Positions 9,445-20,621 of a stretch of DNA of 32,000 bases are shown piece after piece; position 1 is the stretch's first letter, and each line of letters opens with the position of its first letter. Position numbers and translations under genes: made by a program. Source of the stretch: Aliivibrio fischeri ES114 (GTDB taxonomy: Bacteria; Pseudomonadota; Gammaproteobacteria; Enterobacterales; Vibrionaceae); the NCBI RefSeq assembly GCF_000011805.1, contig NC_006841.2. One strand, 5' to 3'. The notes under the pieces were generated by a model. That model saw nothing but the letters and a program-made list of their open reading frames with translations, had not been told where the DNA came from and ran no database searches.

Positions 9445-10013
9445 GTGCCTAAAGGAAGATTACTATTTTTATTACAACTGGGTTTTATATTACAGCTATA
9501 TTTTCCAAGTTTTGCGGGAATAGATTTTGCTTTACATGCCCCTGAAGAACTGATTACTCCTAATGATTTACCTCCGAAAGGCAAAATACAGATAGCAAGA
9601 AGAGTTTCAGGTGTTTATACACCATATCCAGATGGCACTACATTTTCTGAACGCAATCTAGAGGAATATCCAAGTAATGATATTAATACAATAAGGATCA
9701 GAGCTCGTGATGATAAGGATAGAATAGTTTGGAAAAATGTGGTTTTGCGGCAAAAACAGGCGGTTATACTCGGGTTGGCGAATATATGAGGATATCTGTG
9801 TATTCTGATTATGTGGGAGTTCCTGATTTACCTGTTCAACTTACTCTTCCACATCAGGTTTGTACTCATGATAAAGCTGGCGATAATATACTAACGCTTA
9901 TCATAGATTTCATTGTTGGGCCTGTATTGACTACAGCTTGGATTGGTTATGATCACTATGGAAATAGGGCGTCAAAAACTATATACCATATGCCAATCAA
10001 AATTGTAAAGTAG
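9445..10013 (+). pseudogene. Small putative secreted protein split by a frameshift (ORFs 9445-9789 and 9729-10013)
   Basis: GTG start preceded by GAGAGGGA RBS and signal-like N-terminus. The second ORF lacks a plausible start and overlaps in the -1 frame. Adding one A to the A5 tract at 9752-9756 joins ...VWKNVVLRQK to TGGYTRVGEYMRISVYSDYVG.... Confidence 0.5.
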
Positions 10014-10072
10014 TGAACAAGCACGTTTACTTCAACTTCTTTATTCATCACCACAAGAATCAAATCTATAAA

Positions 10073-10100
10073 AAACCAGCCGGTGGAGGCTGGTTTATTT
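10073..10100. terminator. Hairpin terminator
   Basis: AAACCAGCC-GGTGGA-GGCTGGTTT followed by ATTT. Confidence 0.6.
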
Positions 10101-10116
10101 AAATGATGATGGTTAT

Positions 10117-11964
10117 CTATCTACCGTACGTCTTTTTAATATAAGCTTCAAAATCATCACACATTTTTTGATTAGACTCTGAATTACTTGCTAATGTTGT
10201 TGGCCCATCAATAATCGTGATGTTGGCATGTAGAGGTGCAACGTCTGCTTGAGTTCGAGAGTTTAACTCTGCGATTTTATCTTGCTCTACTTTCCATGCA
10301 TCTTGTGCAGATAAGTTACACTCGTCGGCTAAGTATTTCGCGTTAAACCCTTCCCCTGTCAATGCAATGATAGAGTCATTGTGACTAACACTATTACCCG
10401 CATTCCAATAATGTTTTGCAAGCAATGGGCCGATCTCAGGGTTATCGGTTAAGTAGCCAAATTTCTCAGTGAAATAAGCGCGAGTTTGGTATACCGCCAT
10501 GTGCGCAAGTAAATAGCCATGATAAGCACAAGCCGCTTCATCTGACACTAAATGTGGTATTGCCATTAGTGGGCGAGGGCTGCATGCTAACCCTAAGATT
10601 TTCTTCTCTGAAGCACGAGCTAGTGCAGTGATGTTTTCTGGTGTGAGTTCTTCGTCGCTTAATCGATATAACGCACGCTCAAAGTAAGGCACCACCAAAA
10701 TGCTGCGCTCTTGGTATGCTTTAAACGGTTGTTTGGAATCAATGATAGCCTTAATAATCTCATCAGGAACAGGAGTACCATTATCATCTAATGCGTATTG
10801 TTTTAACCAGTCTGCATCGGTTAATAAGCTGTCACAAAACATCGATTGAGTTTCAGCGTATGCCATTGATGTTGGAGCAAACTCTTGAGAAAAACACGGA
10901 GCGTTCATTTTTACATTTGAGAAGTGAGCTGCATGACCACCTTCGTGGAATAAGGTATTCATACCGTCATAACCACTACCTATTTGATCTGGCTTAGCGT
11001 TACTGGTGAAGTTAACTTTTGCTGCAACCCATTGGTTTTGATCGTAGAACGAAGGAATTGGACCATGACAGAATCCATTTGGATATTTACCTTTACGATC
11101 TAATAAATCCAATGTTAACTCTGCGCCTGAAAATTCAATGTTCAAGCGACCAAATGATTCAACCCAACGGCGTAATGATTTAGAGAAAGGTACATATGGA
11201 TCTAAATCTCGCATAGCATCGCCAGCAAATGAGAAAACGAAGTTATGTGCAAGTAGTGCATCTTTCCCTTTATCTGCAGCTAGTTGGTTTAAACTTCGTT
11301 GATGACATTCATGAGTGCGCTTTTCAAAGTCATCCAAAATGGTAAATAACTCATCAGCACCCATTTTCTCTTTTTTCGTTACTGAATAATCAAAGAAGGT
11401 CTCAAATCCTTGAGAACGAGCGAATTGGTTACGAAGTTTGATCAGTTCAATAAAACCATTTTGTAGTAGCCATTGTTCTAAATCGAGAAAGGCTTGGTGA
11501 GCAGAGCGACGTGTCGCTTCATTAGAGCTGGTACGAACAACAGATGCAAGAACAGGAAGAGAACCTTCAACGGTATTACCCGCTTCATTCACATAAGTCA
11601 TGATGTGGTTTTGTTTTTTCTCAAACAAACCAGCTTCAAATTTTATCAGTTCTGATTTTAGCTTTTGTGCGGTTTCAGACTCAATAGCGTGTGATTCAAA
11701 TGTAGCTAACCAGCCTTGTAATCCAATCAGAGTTTGCTCTTTTTCCTCTGTATTTATAATGGATTCAGCTTGTTTGATTTGTTGCTTTATGGCTGGAATT
11801 TGTGTGGCATCACTTAAGAATTGCGTCCAAGCCGTTTCAGCTTCTGTTGAGCCGTTATGATCATCACTCAGCCCCATGTAAGTATCCCAGAAGAAGTTTT
11901 CTTTGGTGCGATGAATAGATAAATAACGTTGGTTTAAGTCATTAAGATAAGCGGTAGCAGTCAT
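10117..11964 (-). CDS. M3-family metallopeptidase (oligoendopeptidase-like)
   Basis: Zinc motif FHEGGHAAHFSN (HExxH) and M3-type architecture including GSGYDGMNTLFHEGGHAAH. Confidence 0.88.
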   Translation of the reverse strand: MTATAYLNDLNQRYLSIHRTKENFFWDTYMGLSDDHNGSTEAETAWTQFLSDATQIPAIKQQIKQAESIINTEEKEQTLIGLQGWLATFESHAIESETAQKLKSELIKFEAGLFEKKQNHIMTYVNEAGNTVEGSLPVLASVVRTSSNEATRRSAHQAFLDLEQWLLQNGFIELIKLRNQFARSQGFETFFDYSVTKKEKMGADELFTILDDFEKRTHECHQRSLNQLAADKGKDALLAHNFVFSFAGDAMRDLDPYVPFSKSLRRWVESFGRLNIEFSGAELTLDLLDRKGKYPNGFCHGPIPSFYDQNQWVAAKVNFTSNAKPDQIGSGYDGMNTLFHEGGHAAHFSNVKMNAPCFSQEFAPTSMAYAETQSMFCDSLLTDADWLKQYALDDNGTPVPDEIIKAIIDSKQPFKAYQERSILVVPYFERALYRLSDEELTPENITALARASEKKILGLACSPRPLMAIPHLVSDEAACAYHGYLLAHMAVYQTRAYFTEKFGYLTDNPEIGPLLAKHYWNAGNSVSHNDSIIALTGEGFNAKYLADECNLSAQDAWKVEQDKIAELNSRTQADVAPLHANITIIDGPTTLASNSESNQKMCDDFEAYIKKTYGR

Positions 11965-12111
11965 TTTCTTCCCTTTAATGCAGACTTGTGAACTGTGATT
12001 ATGGCATAAATTAAGTAAGGAGAAAGTCGGATAAATAAAAAGCTCAATTTGTAGTTAAAAAGACGCAGATTTAAAGACGAAAGCCCTAAGATGATAACAT
12101 CGGGTGGCTGT

Positions 12112-13668
12112 TTATACGTTTCGGAATTGAGCGACCAGAGCTCCTTGAGAATCAATTGTTTCTGAGAGAATACTGCACTCTTTCATCGTTTCATTTGCAA
12201 TGTTGTGTGTATGCTCACAGACATTATTAATTGACTGAATGTTTGTATTCATGTCTTCGGATACTTTGACAATTTGCTCAATCGCAACGGATATTTGAGT
12301 GTTTTTTTCAGCAATTGCACTCACTTGCTCAAAGGATTCTTGTAACGTATGGCCTGATTTATTTGCTGAATCTACGCATACACCAGATAGTGATTTACCT
12401 TGTTCCATTGCTTCAACGGCATCTTGTGTACTTTGTTGTATCTGTTTGATCATATCTTGAATTTCTTTTGCTGAATCTTGACTTCGCTGAGCTAATGCTC
12501 TGACTTCATCAGCAACAACGGCAAATCCTCTGCCTTGTTCTCCGGCTCGTGCAGCTTCGATTGCCGCATTTAATGCTAATAGATTTGTTTGTTCTGCAAT
12601 CGCTTGTATCACGGTTAACACAGAACCAATTTCGTTACCGCGAGCTTCCAGTGTTGCAATAATATTGGAGGCATTGGTTAATTGTGTAGAAAGCATTTGG
12701 ATTGAGTTTACGGTCTCTGTGACTGTTGCCATTCCCTCAGAAGTGACTTGATATGCTTCTTCTGTTGCTTGAGCTGTACTTAGAACATTTGCCGCAATAT
12801 CGTTAACGGAAGCTGACATTTCTTGGATAGCATTAGCAACCTGATGAGTTTCTTGAGTTTGTTCGTTTAGGTTATTAACGGTATCTAGGCAGTTAGAAGT
12901 TGATGATTTCGCTAGTGTTTCAATCTGCTCGTTAGAGTCTTGAATGCGTCCAATAATGGCATTAATTTCAGATTGACGCATTTTTAACGCAAGTTCTATT
13001 TCTGAAATATCATCCACATGATTCGTGTAAATTAATTCCATTAGTGGATTATCAAAGACCGCTTTTGCTTTAGTTGATAATTGCTCTAAACGACGAGTTA
13101 ATGAATAGACACTCAATAGCGAAAGTGTACTCAAGAGGCTTAAACCAAATAAAGGGGACCATTGATATGAAATCAGAGCCGCGACAATAAAACTAGGTAT
13201 TAATGTTAAAGCAAAGCGTTGCCATAAACGAGTTCTTGGCAATGTTAGTTTTAATGGTTTCTTACCTGATTTTAATGATGCATATACTTTTTCAGCGTTA
13301 GCAATATGCTCTCGAGAAGGGCTTAATCTAACAGATTGATACTCTTTTATTTCACCATTTTGAAGGATAGGAGATGCGAAGGCGTCAACCCAATAGTAAT
13401 TTCCGTCTTTACATTTATTTTTAACTAATCCCATCCATGATTTTTTGTTTTTTAGGTGAGACCACATATCTTTAAATGCTTCACTCGGCATATCTGGATG
13501 GCGAACGATATTATGGGGTTGTGAATTCAGTTCATCTAACGTAAATCCAGCTACTTCACAAAAATTGTTACTTGCGTAGGTAATATGACTTGATGGGGAG
13601 GTGATTGATAACAAGTTATATTCTTTGGGAAATAGAACTTCTTTATTGTTAGACGCATCTGTCTTCAT
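12112..13668 (-). CDS. Methyl-accepting chemotaxis protein with N-terminal Aer-type PAS domain
   Basis: PAS: [33 protein letters not shown]...[11 protein letters not shown]; signalling domain [39 protein letters not shown]. Confidence 0.93.
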   Translation of the reverse strand: MKTDASNNKEVLFPKEYNLLSITSPSSHITYASNNFCEVAGFTLDELNSQPHNIVRHPDMPSEAFKDMWSHLKNKKSWMGLVKNKCKDGNYYWVDAFASPILQNGEIKEYQSVRLSPSREHIANAEKVYASLKSGKKPLKLTLPRTRLWQRFALTLIPSFIVAALISYQWSPLFGLSLLSTLSLLSVYSLTRRLEQLSTKAKAVFDNPLMELIYTNHVDDISEIELALKMRQSEINAIIGRIQDSNEQIETLAKSSTSNCLDTVNNLNEQTQETHQVANAIQEMSASVNDIAANVLSTAQATEEAYQVTSEGMATVTETVNSIQMLSTQLTNASNIIATLEARGNEIGSVLTVIQAIAEQTNLLALNAAIEAARAGEQGRGFAVVADEVRALAQRSQDSAKEIQDMIKQIQQSTQDAVEAMEQGKSLSGVCVDSANKSGHTLQESFEQVSAIAEKNTQISVAIEQIVKVSEDMNTNIQSINNVCEHTHNIANETMKECSILSETIDSQGALVAQFRNV

Positions 13669-14152
13669 GTGTTTGTCTCTTTTTGTCTCGATAAATTCAG
13701 CAGCTAAATGTAAGCAAATATTACACCATACTGTATTTTTATTGAGGTTTTGTGCCTATTTTTTCTTGATGCTTTCTATAACCTTGTCCGATTTATTATT
13801 TATGTTGTGAAATCAAATCTGATTCATTGCTGTTGTGTAATGCTTTAGTGGTCTTGTTTAATGCAAGTTTTATTTTTTTGTTAAATAAAAAGCTGGATGA
13901 ATCAGGTGGGTCATATTTTTGACAAGGGAAAATCAATAATTATTAAAATAATATGCGAGTGTATAAGTTGATATTTTTCTTTTAAAAATCAATAAATCAC
14001 TTCATTTCTCATTAGGCTTTTATTCACTGTAACCTATTGAAATCTCATTACGGTAACGATTGCTTATTTATATTTTGCTCAGTTTGTGTGAAAATGCGCG
14101 CAAATTATGACTGCAACTTTAACGCACTTTAGTATTTAGTAAGGATAGTTCC

Positions 14153-15523
14153 ATGTCTCAGGACAATGCACAGCAAGCTGAAACAACATCAAATTTTGAA
14201 AAGAAATTAGATGGTTTTTTTAAAATTTCACAACGTGGTAGTTCAGTTCGAACAGAAATGATTGCGGGTTTAACTACTTTTTTAGCGATGGTTTATTCGG
14301 TTATTGTTGTACCAAGCATGTTAGGAGCGGCAGGCTTTGATACTGGTGCAGTATTTGTTGCTACCTGTTTAGTTGCTGCATTTGGCTCACTGTTAATGGG
14401 GTTATGGGTTAACTTACCAATGGCAATTGGTTGTGCTATCTCATTAACTGCGTTTACTGCGTTCAGTTTAGTATTAGGTCAAGGCGTAAGTATTCCTGTT
14501 GCGCTTGGTGCTGTATTTATTATGGGTGCTTTGTTTACGCTTATTACGGTAACGGGCATTCGTCAGTGGATTTTAAATAACTTACCATCAGGTATTGCTC
14601 ATGGTACTGGTATTGGTATCGGCCTTTTCTTACTGTTAATTGCAGCAGATGGCACGGGGCTTATCGTAAAAAATGCACATGCGGGTCTGCCTATTATGCT
14701 AGGTGACATTACTTCGTTTTCTGTGATCATGTCAGTACTTGGCCTTGCGGCTATCTTTGGTTTAGAAAAGAAACGTGTTCCTGGTGGTATTTTATTAGTG
14801 ATTGTTGCTATCTCAATCATCGGTTTAATTTTTGATCCAAGTGTAACTTACAATGGGTTCTTTGCTTTGCCGAGTCTAGAAACTGCTGACGGTAGTTCAT
14901 TGATCGGTTCTATGGATATCATGGGTGCTTTAACACCTGCGATTCTTCCTGTTGTCGTTGCTTTAGTTATGACGGCAGTGTTCGATGCGACTGGTACTAT
15001 CCGTGCGTTAGCAGGTCAAGCGAACTTACTAGATAAAGACGGTAAAATCATTGATGGCGGTAAAGCATTAACGGCGGATTCTGCAAGCTCAATGGTCGCT
15101 GGTCTTGTTGGTGGTGCACCGGCTGCTGTGTACATTGAATCGGCGGCAGGTACTGCTGCTGGTGGTAAAACCGGCCTTACTGCAACGGTTGTTGGGGTGT
15201 TGTTCTTAGTGATGATCTTCTTATCACCAGTAAGTTACTTAGTACCTACTTATGCAACTGCTCCTGCACTTATGTACGTTGGTTTATTAATGCTAAGTAA
15301 TGTATCTAAACTGGATTTTGAAGATTCAGTCGATGCGTTATCTGGCCTTGTGTGTGCGGTATTCATTATTCTTTCTGCAAACATCGTAACAGGTATCATG
15401 ATCGGCTTTACTACACTTGTTGTTGGTCGTGTTTTTGCTGGCGAGATTAAGAAACTGAATGTTGGTATTGTCTCTATCACGATTGCATTGATTATTTTCT
15501 ATGTTGGTGGTTGGGCTATTTAA
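14153..15523 (+). CDS. NCS2-family (AzgA-like) purine/nucleobase permease
   Basis: [36 protein letters not shown]...[14 protein letters not shown]-like region, GTATGKTGLTA-like segment ([14 protein letters not shown]); about 12 TM segments. Confidence 0.9.
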   Translation: MSQDNAQQAETTSNFEKKLDGFFKISQRGSSVRTEMIAGLTTFLAMVYSVIVVPSMLGAAGFDTGAVFVATCLVAAFGSLLMGLWVNLPMAIGCAISLTAFTAFSLVLGQGVSIPVALGAVFIMGALFTLITVTGIRQWILNNLPSGIAHGTGIGIGLFLLLIAADGTGLIVKNAHAGLPIMLGDITSFSVIMSVLGLAAIFGLEKKRVPGGILLVIVAISIIGLIFDPSVTYNGFFALPSLETADGSSLIGSMDIMGALTPAILPVVVALVMTAVFDATGTIRALAGQANLLDKDGKIIDGGKALTADSASSMVAGLVGGAPAAVYIESAAGTAAGGKTGLTATVVGVLFLVMIFLSPVSYLVPTYATAPALMYVGLLMLSNVSKLDFEDSVDALSGLVCAVFIILSANIVTGIMIGFTTLVVGRVFAGEIKKLNVGIVSITIALIIFYVGGWAI

Positions 15524-15549
15524 GTTGCCATAATCGATTGTTTAAAATT

Positions 15550-15581
15550 AAAAACGGATGGCATAAACCATCCGTTTTTTT
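15550..15581. terminator. Bidirectional rho-independent terminator
   Basis: AAAAACGGATGG-CATAAA-CCATCCGTTTTTTTA. Confidence 0.85.
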
Positions 15582-15601
15582 ATGCGTGGAGTTGATTAAA
15601 C

Positions 15602-16210
15602 TTACGGTTTTAAAGTATGGAACCCAGAGTAAATGCGAGTAAAGGTGGTAAACCAGCAAGCGGCACCAAACACATAGGCGATAATGGTAAAATGGGTTGG
15701 AAACAGACAAAATGCGATAAAACACGCAATGGTTTCTGTTCCTTCGGTTAAGCCACTCATGTAATAAAGGGATTTGTGTTTATAAACTGGATTATCAATT
15801 CCTTGTTTACTTGCCATAATAGCAAAAGCCAAAAAGCTGCTTCCTGTCCCAACAAATGAGAAAATTAAAAACGCACCCGCAATGGCATTTTGATCAGGGT
15901 TGGCGAGAACAAATCCAAAAGGGATCAGTGAATAAAACAGAAAATCCAAACTGATATCAAGAAAGCCGCCCGCATCAGTTATGCCTTGTATTCGAGCTAA
16001 TGCCCCATCTAATCCATCACAAATGCGATTCAAGACAATAAATACTAGAGCCAACAAATATTGCTCTGCAATAAGAGCAGGGAAGGCTAAGCAGCCTAAA
16101 ACAAAACCAAATAGCGTCGTTTGGTTGGCTGTAATTCCCAGTTTATTAATGAGCTTGGCACTTTGCGCTAAAGGCCAACGAATCACTTTAATACTGAAAC
16201 TATCAAGCAT
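15602..16210 (-). CDS. ynjF: CDP-alcohol phosphatidyltransferase family protein (YnjF-like)
   Basis: CDP-alcohol transferase motif DGLDGALARIQGITDAGGFLDISLD; overlaps the downstream end of the ynjD-like gene by 8 bp. Confidence 0.8.
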   Translation of the reverse strand: MLDSFSIKVIRWPLAQSAKLINKLGITANQTTLFGFVLGCLAFPALIAEQYLLALVFIVLNRICDGLDGALARIQGITDAGGFLDISLDFLFYSLIPFGFVLANPDQNAIAGAFLIFSFVGTGSSFLAFAIMASKQGIDNPVYKHKSLYYMSGLTEGTETIACFIAFCLFPTHFTIIAYVFGAACWFTTFTRIYSGFHTLKP

Positions 16211-16850
16211 GAGTTACCTCCCAAGGCCAAGTAAGTACTCGACTTCCTTGTGGTACATCTTCTTTATCGTGTGTCACCATTAAAGCCGGAATATTGGCTT
16301 CTTTTAGCTGTTCAACCACCCAATCTCTAAATTGAATACGAAGGTCTTTATCTAATTTACTAAATGGTTCATCCAGAAGGGCCACTTTGGGTTTTGCAAG
16401 TAGCATACGAGTTAAACTGATGCGCGCTCGTTGGCCACCAGAAATCTGAGCAGGAAAAGAGTTGGCAAGCTTGGTTAGCGAGATATGTTCTAATGCTTGC
16501 ATTGCTTGTGTTTTACGATCATTGCCTTTGATTGCATTAGGTAGTGCAAACGCTAAGTTTTCCCAAACGGTGAGGTGAGGAAATAACAAGTCGTCTTGAA
16601 ATAAGATCCCGACATTACGTTTATGTGCAGGAAGCTTGGTTAAATCAGCACTGTCTAAAGTTAGATTTCCAGAATAAGAAAACTCATCAGAAAGGTGCCC
16701 TGCAATCACATCTAATAAGGTTGATTTTCCACAGCCACTAGGCCCCATTAAGGTTAGGATTTCTCCTTTTTTTACTCTCATATTTAGAGAGGTAAATAGA
16801 GCTTCGCCACCGGTTTTATGAATAGCGAGATTTTCAAGATAAAGACACAT
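16203..16850 (-). CDS. ynjD: ABC transporter ATP-binding protein (YnjD-like)
   Basis: Walker A GPSGCGKST; signature ISGGQRARISL; Walker B KVALLDEP; adjacent YnjC- and YnjB-like genes. Confidence 0.88.
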   Translation of the reverse strand: MCLYLENLAIHKTGGEALFTSLNMRVKKGEILTLMGPSGCGKSTLLDVIAGHLSDEFSYSGNLTLDSADLTKLPAHKRNVGILFQDDLLFPHLTVWENLAFALPNAIKGNDRKTQAMQALEHISLTKLANSFPAQISGGQRARISLTRMLLAKPKVALLDEPFSKLDKDLRIQFRDWVVEQLKEANIPALMVTHDKEDVPQGSRVLTWPWEVTHA

Positions 16851-16863
16851 TCGGTAATTAACC

Positions 16864-18525
16864 TTAAATAGAAATACGGCGACATTTTATCGGCAAACGG
16901 CTGATCATAATCGCAAAGGTAAAGAAAAATAACGGTAGTAAAGCCTGCCAAATTGCGTATATCGCAGTCACTCTACGATCAAAACCGCTTGAAAGCGCAA
17001 CCGCTTCAGTTGTAATTGTGCTAATTCTGCCGGCACCGAGCATTAATGTCGGAAGATATTGCGCTAAGCTCACGCTGATCCCAACCGCCCATGCAAAAAC
17101 AATAGCAGGCAGTAAAATAGGCATTTTTACTTTCCACCACGCTTGTAGCGGTGATTTTCCTAGGCTCAAAGCAACACGAGTAAGACCGGTATCAAAGCTT
17201 TTCCAAGGACCATCAAGTGATAAATAAACAAATGGGAAAGCAAAGAAAACATGCGCCCAACATACCCAGAAGAAATAGGAATCACTGCTTAAATAAAGCG
17301 TAACTACTTGCAAGCCAAATAATATAGAAAGTTGAGGGATAAGCATTGGAATCGCAATGATATATCCCGGAACTTGCCATTTGTATTTAATGCGGTATTC
17401 ATGAGCTAACACCGCAAGCACTAACGCAATAGAAGCGGTAATGATGGCAATGGAAAGACTCTGATTTATGGTGCTCAAAATGCTGTCCCATTCTAATTGC
17501 CAAAATCGTTCACTATAACGACTAGGTAATAAATCTGGGAATCGCCAACGTTGTGCAAAACTCCAGATAATCATTAATGGCACCATTAATACCGTGAGCG
17601 AGATGATGAGTAAGAAAAGCGATTTGCCAGGAAGAGAAATACCGCTACGACCTGAGTATTGCCAGCATTTAATGCCTTTTGTTACTGTCCATTCCACCAA
17701 GCGAGCAAAAGCGATTAATAGAGAAGCAATGGCAAAAAGTACAACCGCTCCGGCCGCTGCACGAGGCAGTAAATTTAGATCGGGCTCTGTAAACCACTGC
17801 CAAACTAAAACCGCAAAAGTCGGTGGGTTGGTTGGCCCAATAATTAAGGCGACATCAACAACGGATAAGCTATATGCAATGACAGCAAGCATTGGGAAGC
17901 GTAGTTTTGCTAACCATTGTGGAAACACGCACTTCCACCACATTTGTGCTTTGCTATAACCTAAAGAGGCACTGACCTTCTCAATTTGATCAATTTTAAG
18001 TTGGGTAAGAATTGAGATGCTCATTAGCAGTAAGAACGGCACTTCTTTTAATGCTAGCATCACAATTAAACCAAGCGCATGCGGGTCTTTGATTAAGAAC
18101 GCGAGGTCATTAATGTCTTGAGGTGAAGCATCGTAACCAAATAGACCGTGAAGAGCGCGAACCCCCATTCCTGTTGGTGCAAATAAAAAAGAAAAACCAA
18201 TTGCAAAGGCTACATGGGGTGTAGCTAATAAAGGCGATAGAGATAATTCTACTTTTCGCCAAAATTTACTTCCCCATGTGGCTTGTAAAACAGCAAAGGT
18301 GATCAAACACGCTAAATAGCTGCTGGTTATGGCTGAATATATTGTGAGCCCGATAGAGCGCCATACTCCCTCCCAAGAAAAAACCAATGCAAAACCATCT
18401 AAGGAAAAGTGATGCATACCAAGAGGTGGAATATAGCCCAAAGCAGACACTGCAACTCCCAGTAATCCGGGAAGTGTAGGCAGAATACAGACTGCAATAA
18501 TAATAAGATATAGAGCTCGTAACAT
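16864..18525 (-). CDS. ynjC: ABC transporter double-domain permease (YnjC-like)
   Basis: Two BPD-type permease modules with about 12 TM segments; EAA-like motifs SASLGYSKAQMWWKCVFPQ and ALSLGKSPLQAWWKVKMPI. Confidence 0.88.
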   Translation of the reverse strand: MLRALYLIIIAVCILPTLPGLLGVAVSALGYIPPLGMHHFSLDGFALVFSWEGVWRSIGLTIYSAITSSYLACLITFAVLQATWGSKFWRKVELSLSPLLATPHVAFAIGFSFLFAPTGMGVRALHGLFGYDASPQDINDLAFLIKDPHALGLIVMLALKEVPFLLLMSISILTQLKIDQIEKVSASLGYSKAQMWWKCVFPQWLAKLRFPMLAVIAYSLSVVDVALIIGPTNPPTFAVLVWQWFTEPDLNLLPRAAAGAVVLFAIASLLIAFARLVEWTVTKGIKCWQYSGRSGISLPGKSLFLLIISLTVLMVPLMIIWSFAQRWRFPDLLPSRYSERFWQLEWDSILSTINQSLSIAIITASIALVLAVLAHEYRIKYKWQVPGYIIAIPMLIPQLSILFGLQVVTLYLSSDSYFFWVCWAHVFFAFPFVYLSLDGPWKSFDTGLTRVALSLGKSPLQAWWKVKMPILLPAIVFAWAVGISVSLAQYLPTLMLGAGRISTITTEAVALSSGFDRRVTAIYAIWQALLPLFFFTFAIMISRLPIKCRRISI

Positions 18526-18542
18526 ACTAATTTTACTTAAAC

Positions 18543-19688
18543 TTAACTACCGAAGCGTTTTAACCATTCTTTTTCGATAGCCGCTTGCCAACTTGGGTGC
18601 GGTTCAGAAACAGATTTAAATTGTTGCGTATTCTTTGCGCTACCCGTTAGGTATTTGCTACTTAATACAGAGGGATCACCCCAGACATTCAAATCCCCTT
18701 TACGAGATTGTGCTTCTGGGCTTAATAAGAAATTAATGGCAACTTGTGCACCCGCACTTGCTTTTGCATTCCATGGAATAGCTAAAAAGTGAATGTTAGA
18801 GAGCGCACCAGAATCCATGGCATAAGCTTTAGTCGTATTGGCTAAGTTACCATTGGCTTGTGCAGAATATACAGCGTTTGGATTGAAAGTAACGGCTAAA
18901 TCAAGCTGTCCATCATCAAGTAGTTGAATCGTTTCCGATGTACCTGCAGGGAACTGCTTACCGCCACGCCAAGCCACTTTATGGAATTTTTCGAGGTAAT
19001 CCCACAGTGGTGCGGTTACGGCATTAAAATCCGATTCAGAAACGGGTTTTTGCAGCGCAGGGTTATTGTTTGTTAGCTCAATTAACATAGATTTTAAGAC
19101 ACTCGTCCCATGAAACTCTGGTGGGCGAGGATAACTTAAGCTGTTTGGTTTTTTCTGAGCATAACTGAGCATTTCTGCAAATGAATGTGGTGGGTTTGTT
19201 AGGTTCTCAGAGTCATGAATAAACACCAGTTGCCCCACACCCCAAGGTGCTTCTAAACCATCAGTTGGCTCTGAAAAATCCACATCAATAGGTAACATTT
19301 TATCGACGTATTTCCAGCTTGGTAGATTTTCAGTAAATGGACCAAACAGCAATTGATTGTCTTTCATGGATTTGAAGTTTTCACCGTTAATCCAAACCAT
19401 ATCGACACTACCGTTCGTGTTTTTATCTGCTGCTTTTTCAGCAATAAGACGTGGAATAGTCTCAGAAATATCACTGACTTTTACGTGTTTTAAAGTCACT
19501 TGGTATTTTGATTGCAGTTCTTTATTTGCCCATTGAAGATAATGGTTAATCTCTTGGCTACCGCCCCAAGCATGAAAATAAACCGTTTGTCCTTGAGCTT
19601 CTTTTTCAATTTGTGTCCAATCGGTGGCAAAAGAGGAGGTTGCAAAAAGTGAAGCCATGATCCCGATGGTGGTAAGTTGCTTATTCAT
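18543..19688 (-). CDS. ynjB: ABC transporter periplasmic substrate-binding protein (YnjB-like)
   Basis: Signal peptide; GQTVYFHAWGGSQEINHYLQWANKEL; VDMVWINGENFKSMKDNQLLFGPF; VNFLLSPEAQSRK; co-oriented with the permease and ATPase. Confidence 0.87.
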   Translation of the reverse strand: MNKQLTTIGIMASLFATSSFATDWTQIEKEAQGQTVYFHAWGGSQEINHYLQWANKELQSKYQVTLKHVKVSDISETIPRLIAEKAADKNTNGSVDMVWINGENFKSMKDNQLLFGPFTENLPSWKYVDKMLPIDVDFSEPTDGLEAPWGVGQLVFIHDSENLTNPPHSFAEMLSYAQKKPNSLSYPRPPEFHGTSVLKSMLIELTNNNPALQKPVSESDFNAVTAPLWDYLEKFHKVAWRGGKQFPAGTSETIQLLDDGQLDLAVTFNPNAVYSAQANGNLANTTKAYAMDSGALSNIHFLAIPWNAKASAGAQVAINFLLSPEAQSRKGDLNVWGDPSVLSSKYLTGSAKNTQQFKSVSEPHPSWQAAIEKEWLKRFGS

Positions 19689-19928
19689 AAAGTCATCCGT
19701 TGAGTATTTTATTGGTTATAGCAAGCGTACTGTTTATTACTCTTATTTATTATAAAAAGTGTGATAGCGGTAAGAGTTTTTTGTTGTATTGGCAGTAACA
19801 ACAAAAGGACAGTAATGTGTTCTTAACTATTATACCTCTGGTATTAATAATAGTTTCAAACAATTACCATCCTTTTTAATAACGTTTAGCAATACGTTGG
19901 ATACCAATGTTCTAAGGTTATCGCTTTA

Positions 19929-20606
19929 TTACTTTGCTAACTCTTCCATATTGATGCCTTTCTTCTTCGCAATGTATTTTGGAATTAGAGACATACCAAA
20001 TAGGATCAGACCCGCAACAGCAAATTTAACTAATAACATTGCAGATACGCCGTTTGTTGCAATATCACCAGCCATGTAAGCAAAAATGAATGCGCCAGGA
20101 GCCATAGTAATTAAAGAAACTAGAGCGTAAGTGCTTAGGTTTAAACCCGTTAAACCGTAGGCATAGTTTTGTAAACTGAATGGGAATACAGGCACTAAGC
20201 GAGTTAGGATTAAGAAGCTTGTTCCGTTCTTTGCTACACCGTCATCGATTTTTTTAAAGATTGGGTTATCACCAAACTTTTTCATGATGGTATTGCGAAG
20301 TAAGAAACGTGCAACGATAAATGCCACAACTGCACCTAATGTCGCTGAAAATAGTGCTAAAACGCCACCTTTGATAGGACCAAATACGATGCCAGCTACA
20401 ATTGTGAAGGCGCTGCCTGGTAATAAAAATACACAAGCAAACACGAATGCTGCGACAAATACGATATAACCCCAAGCTCCAAAGCCCGCGATCCATTCTT
20501 GAAGGCTCTTAATATCAGTAATGATTTCAAGTACGCCTGTTTGTTTAGCTGCAAACAATACCAATGCAATAACAGCAATGATAAGAGCAATTTTTACGAA
20601 TTTCAT
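19929..20606 (-). CDS. TVP38/TMEM64 (VTT-domain) family membrane protein, YdjX/YdjZ-like
   Basis: FLLPGSAFTIVAGIVFGPIKGGVLALFSATLGAVVAFIVARFLLR...ILTRLVPVFPFSLQNYAYGLTGL. Confidence 0.88.
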   Translation of the reverse strand: MKFVKIALIIAVIALVLFAAKQTGVLEIITDIKSLQEWIAGFGAWGYIVFVAAFVFACVFLLPGSAFTIVAGIVFGPIKGGVLALFSATLGAVVAFIVARFLLRNTIMKKFGDNPIFKKIDDGVAKNGTSFLILTRLVPVFPFSLQNYAYGLTGLNLSTYALVSLITMAPGAFIFAYMAGDIATNGVSAMLLVKFAVAGLILFGMSLIPKYIAKKKGINMEELAK

Positions 20607-20621
20607 TTTAAGTCCCTTTAA

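Noticed and set aside
10791-11860. Plus-strand ORFs at 10791 and 11600
   Set aside because: Antisense to the M3 peptidase; no RBS or family signal.
11961-12155. Minus-strand ORF of 64 aa
   Set aside because: Overlaps the 3' end of the chemoreceptor and the intergenic gap; no protein-like signal.
13811-14152. Possible purine riboswitch or PurR box upstream of the NCS2 permease
   Set aside because: I could not identify the conserved purine-aptamer core or a convincing PurR palindrome; a covariance-model scan would be needed.
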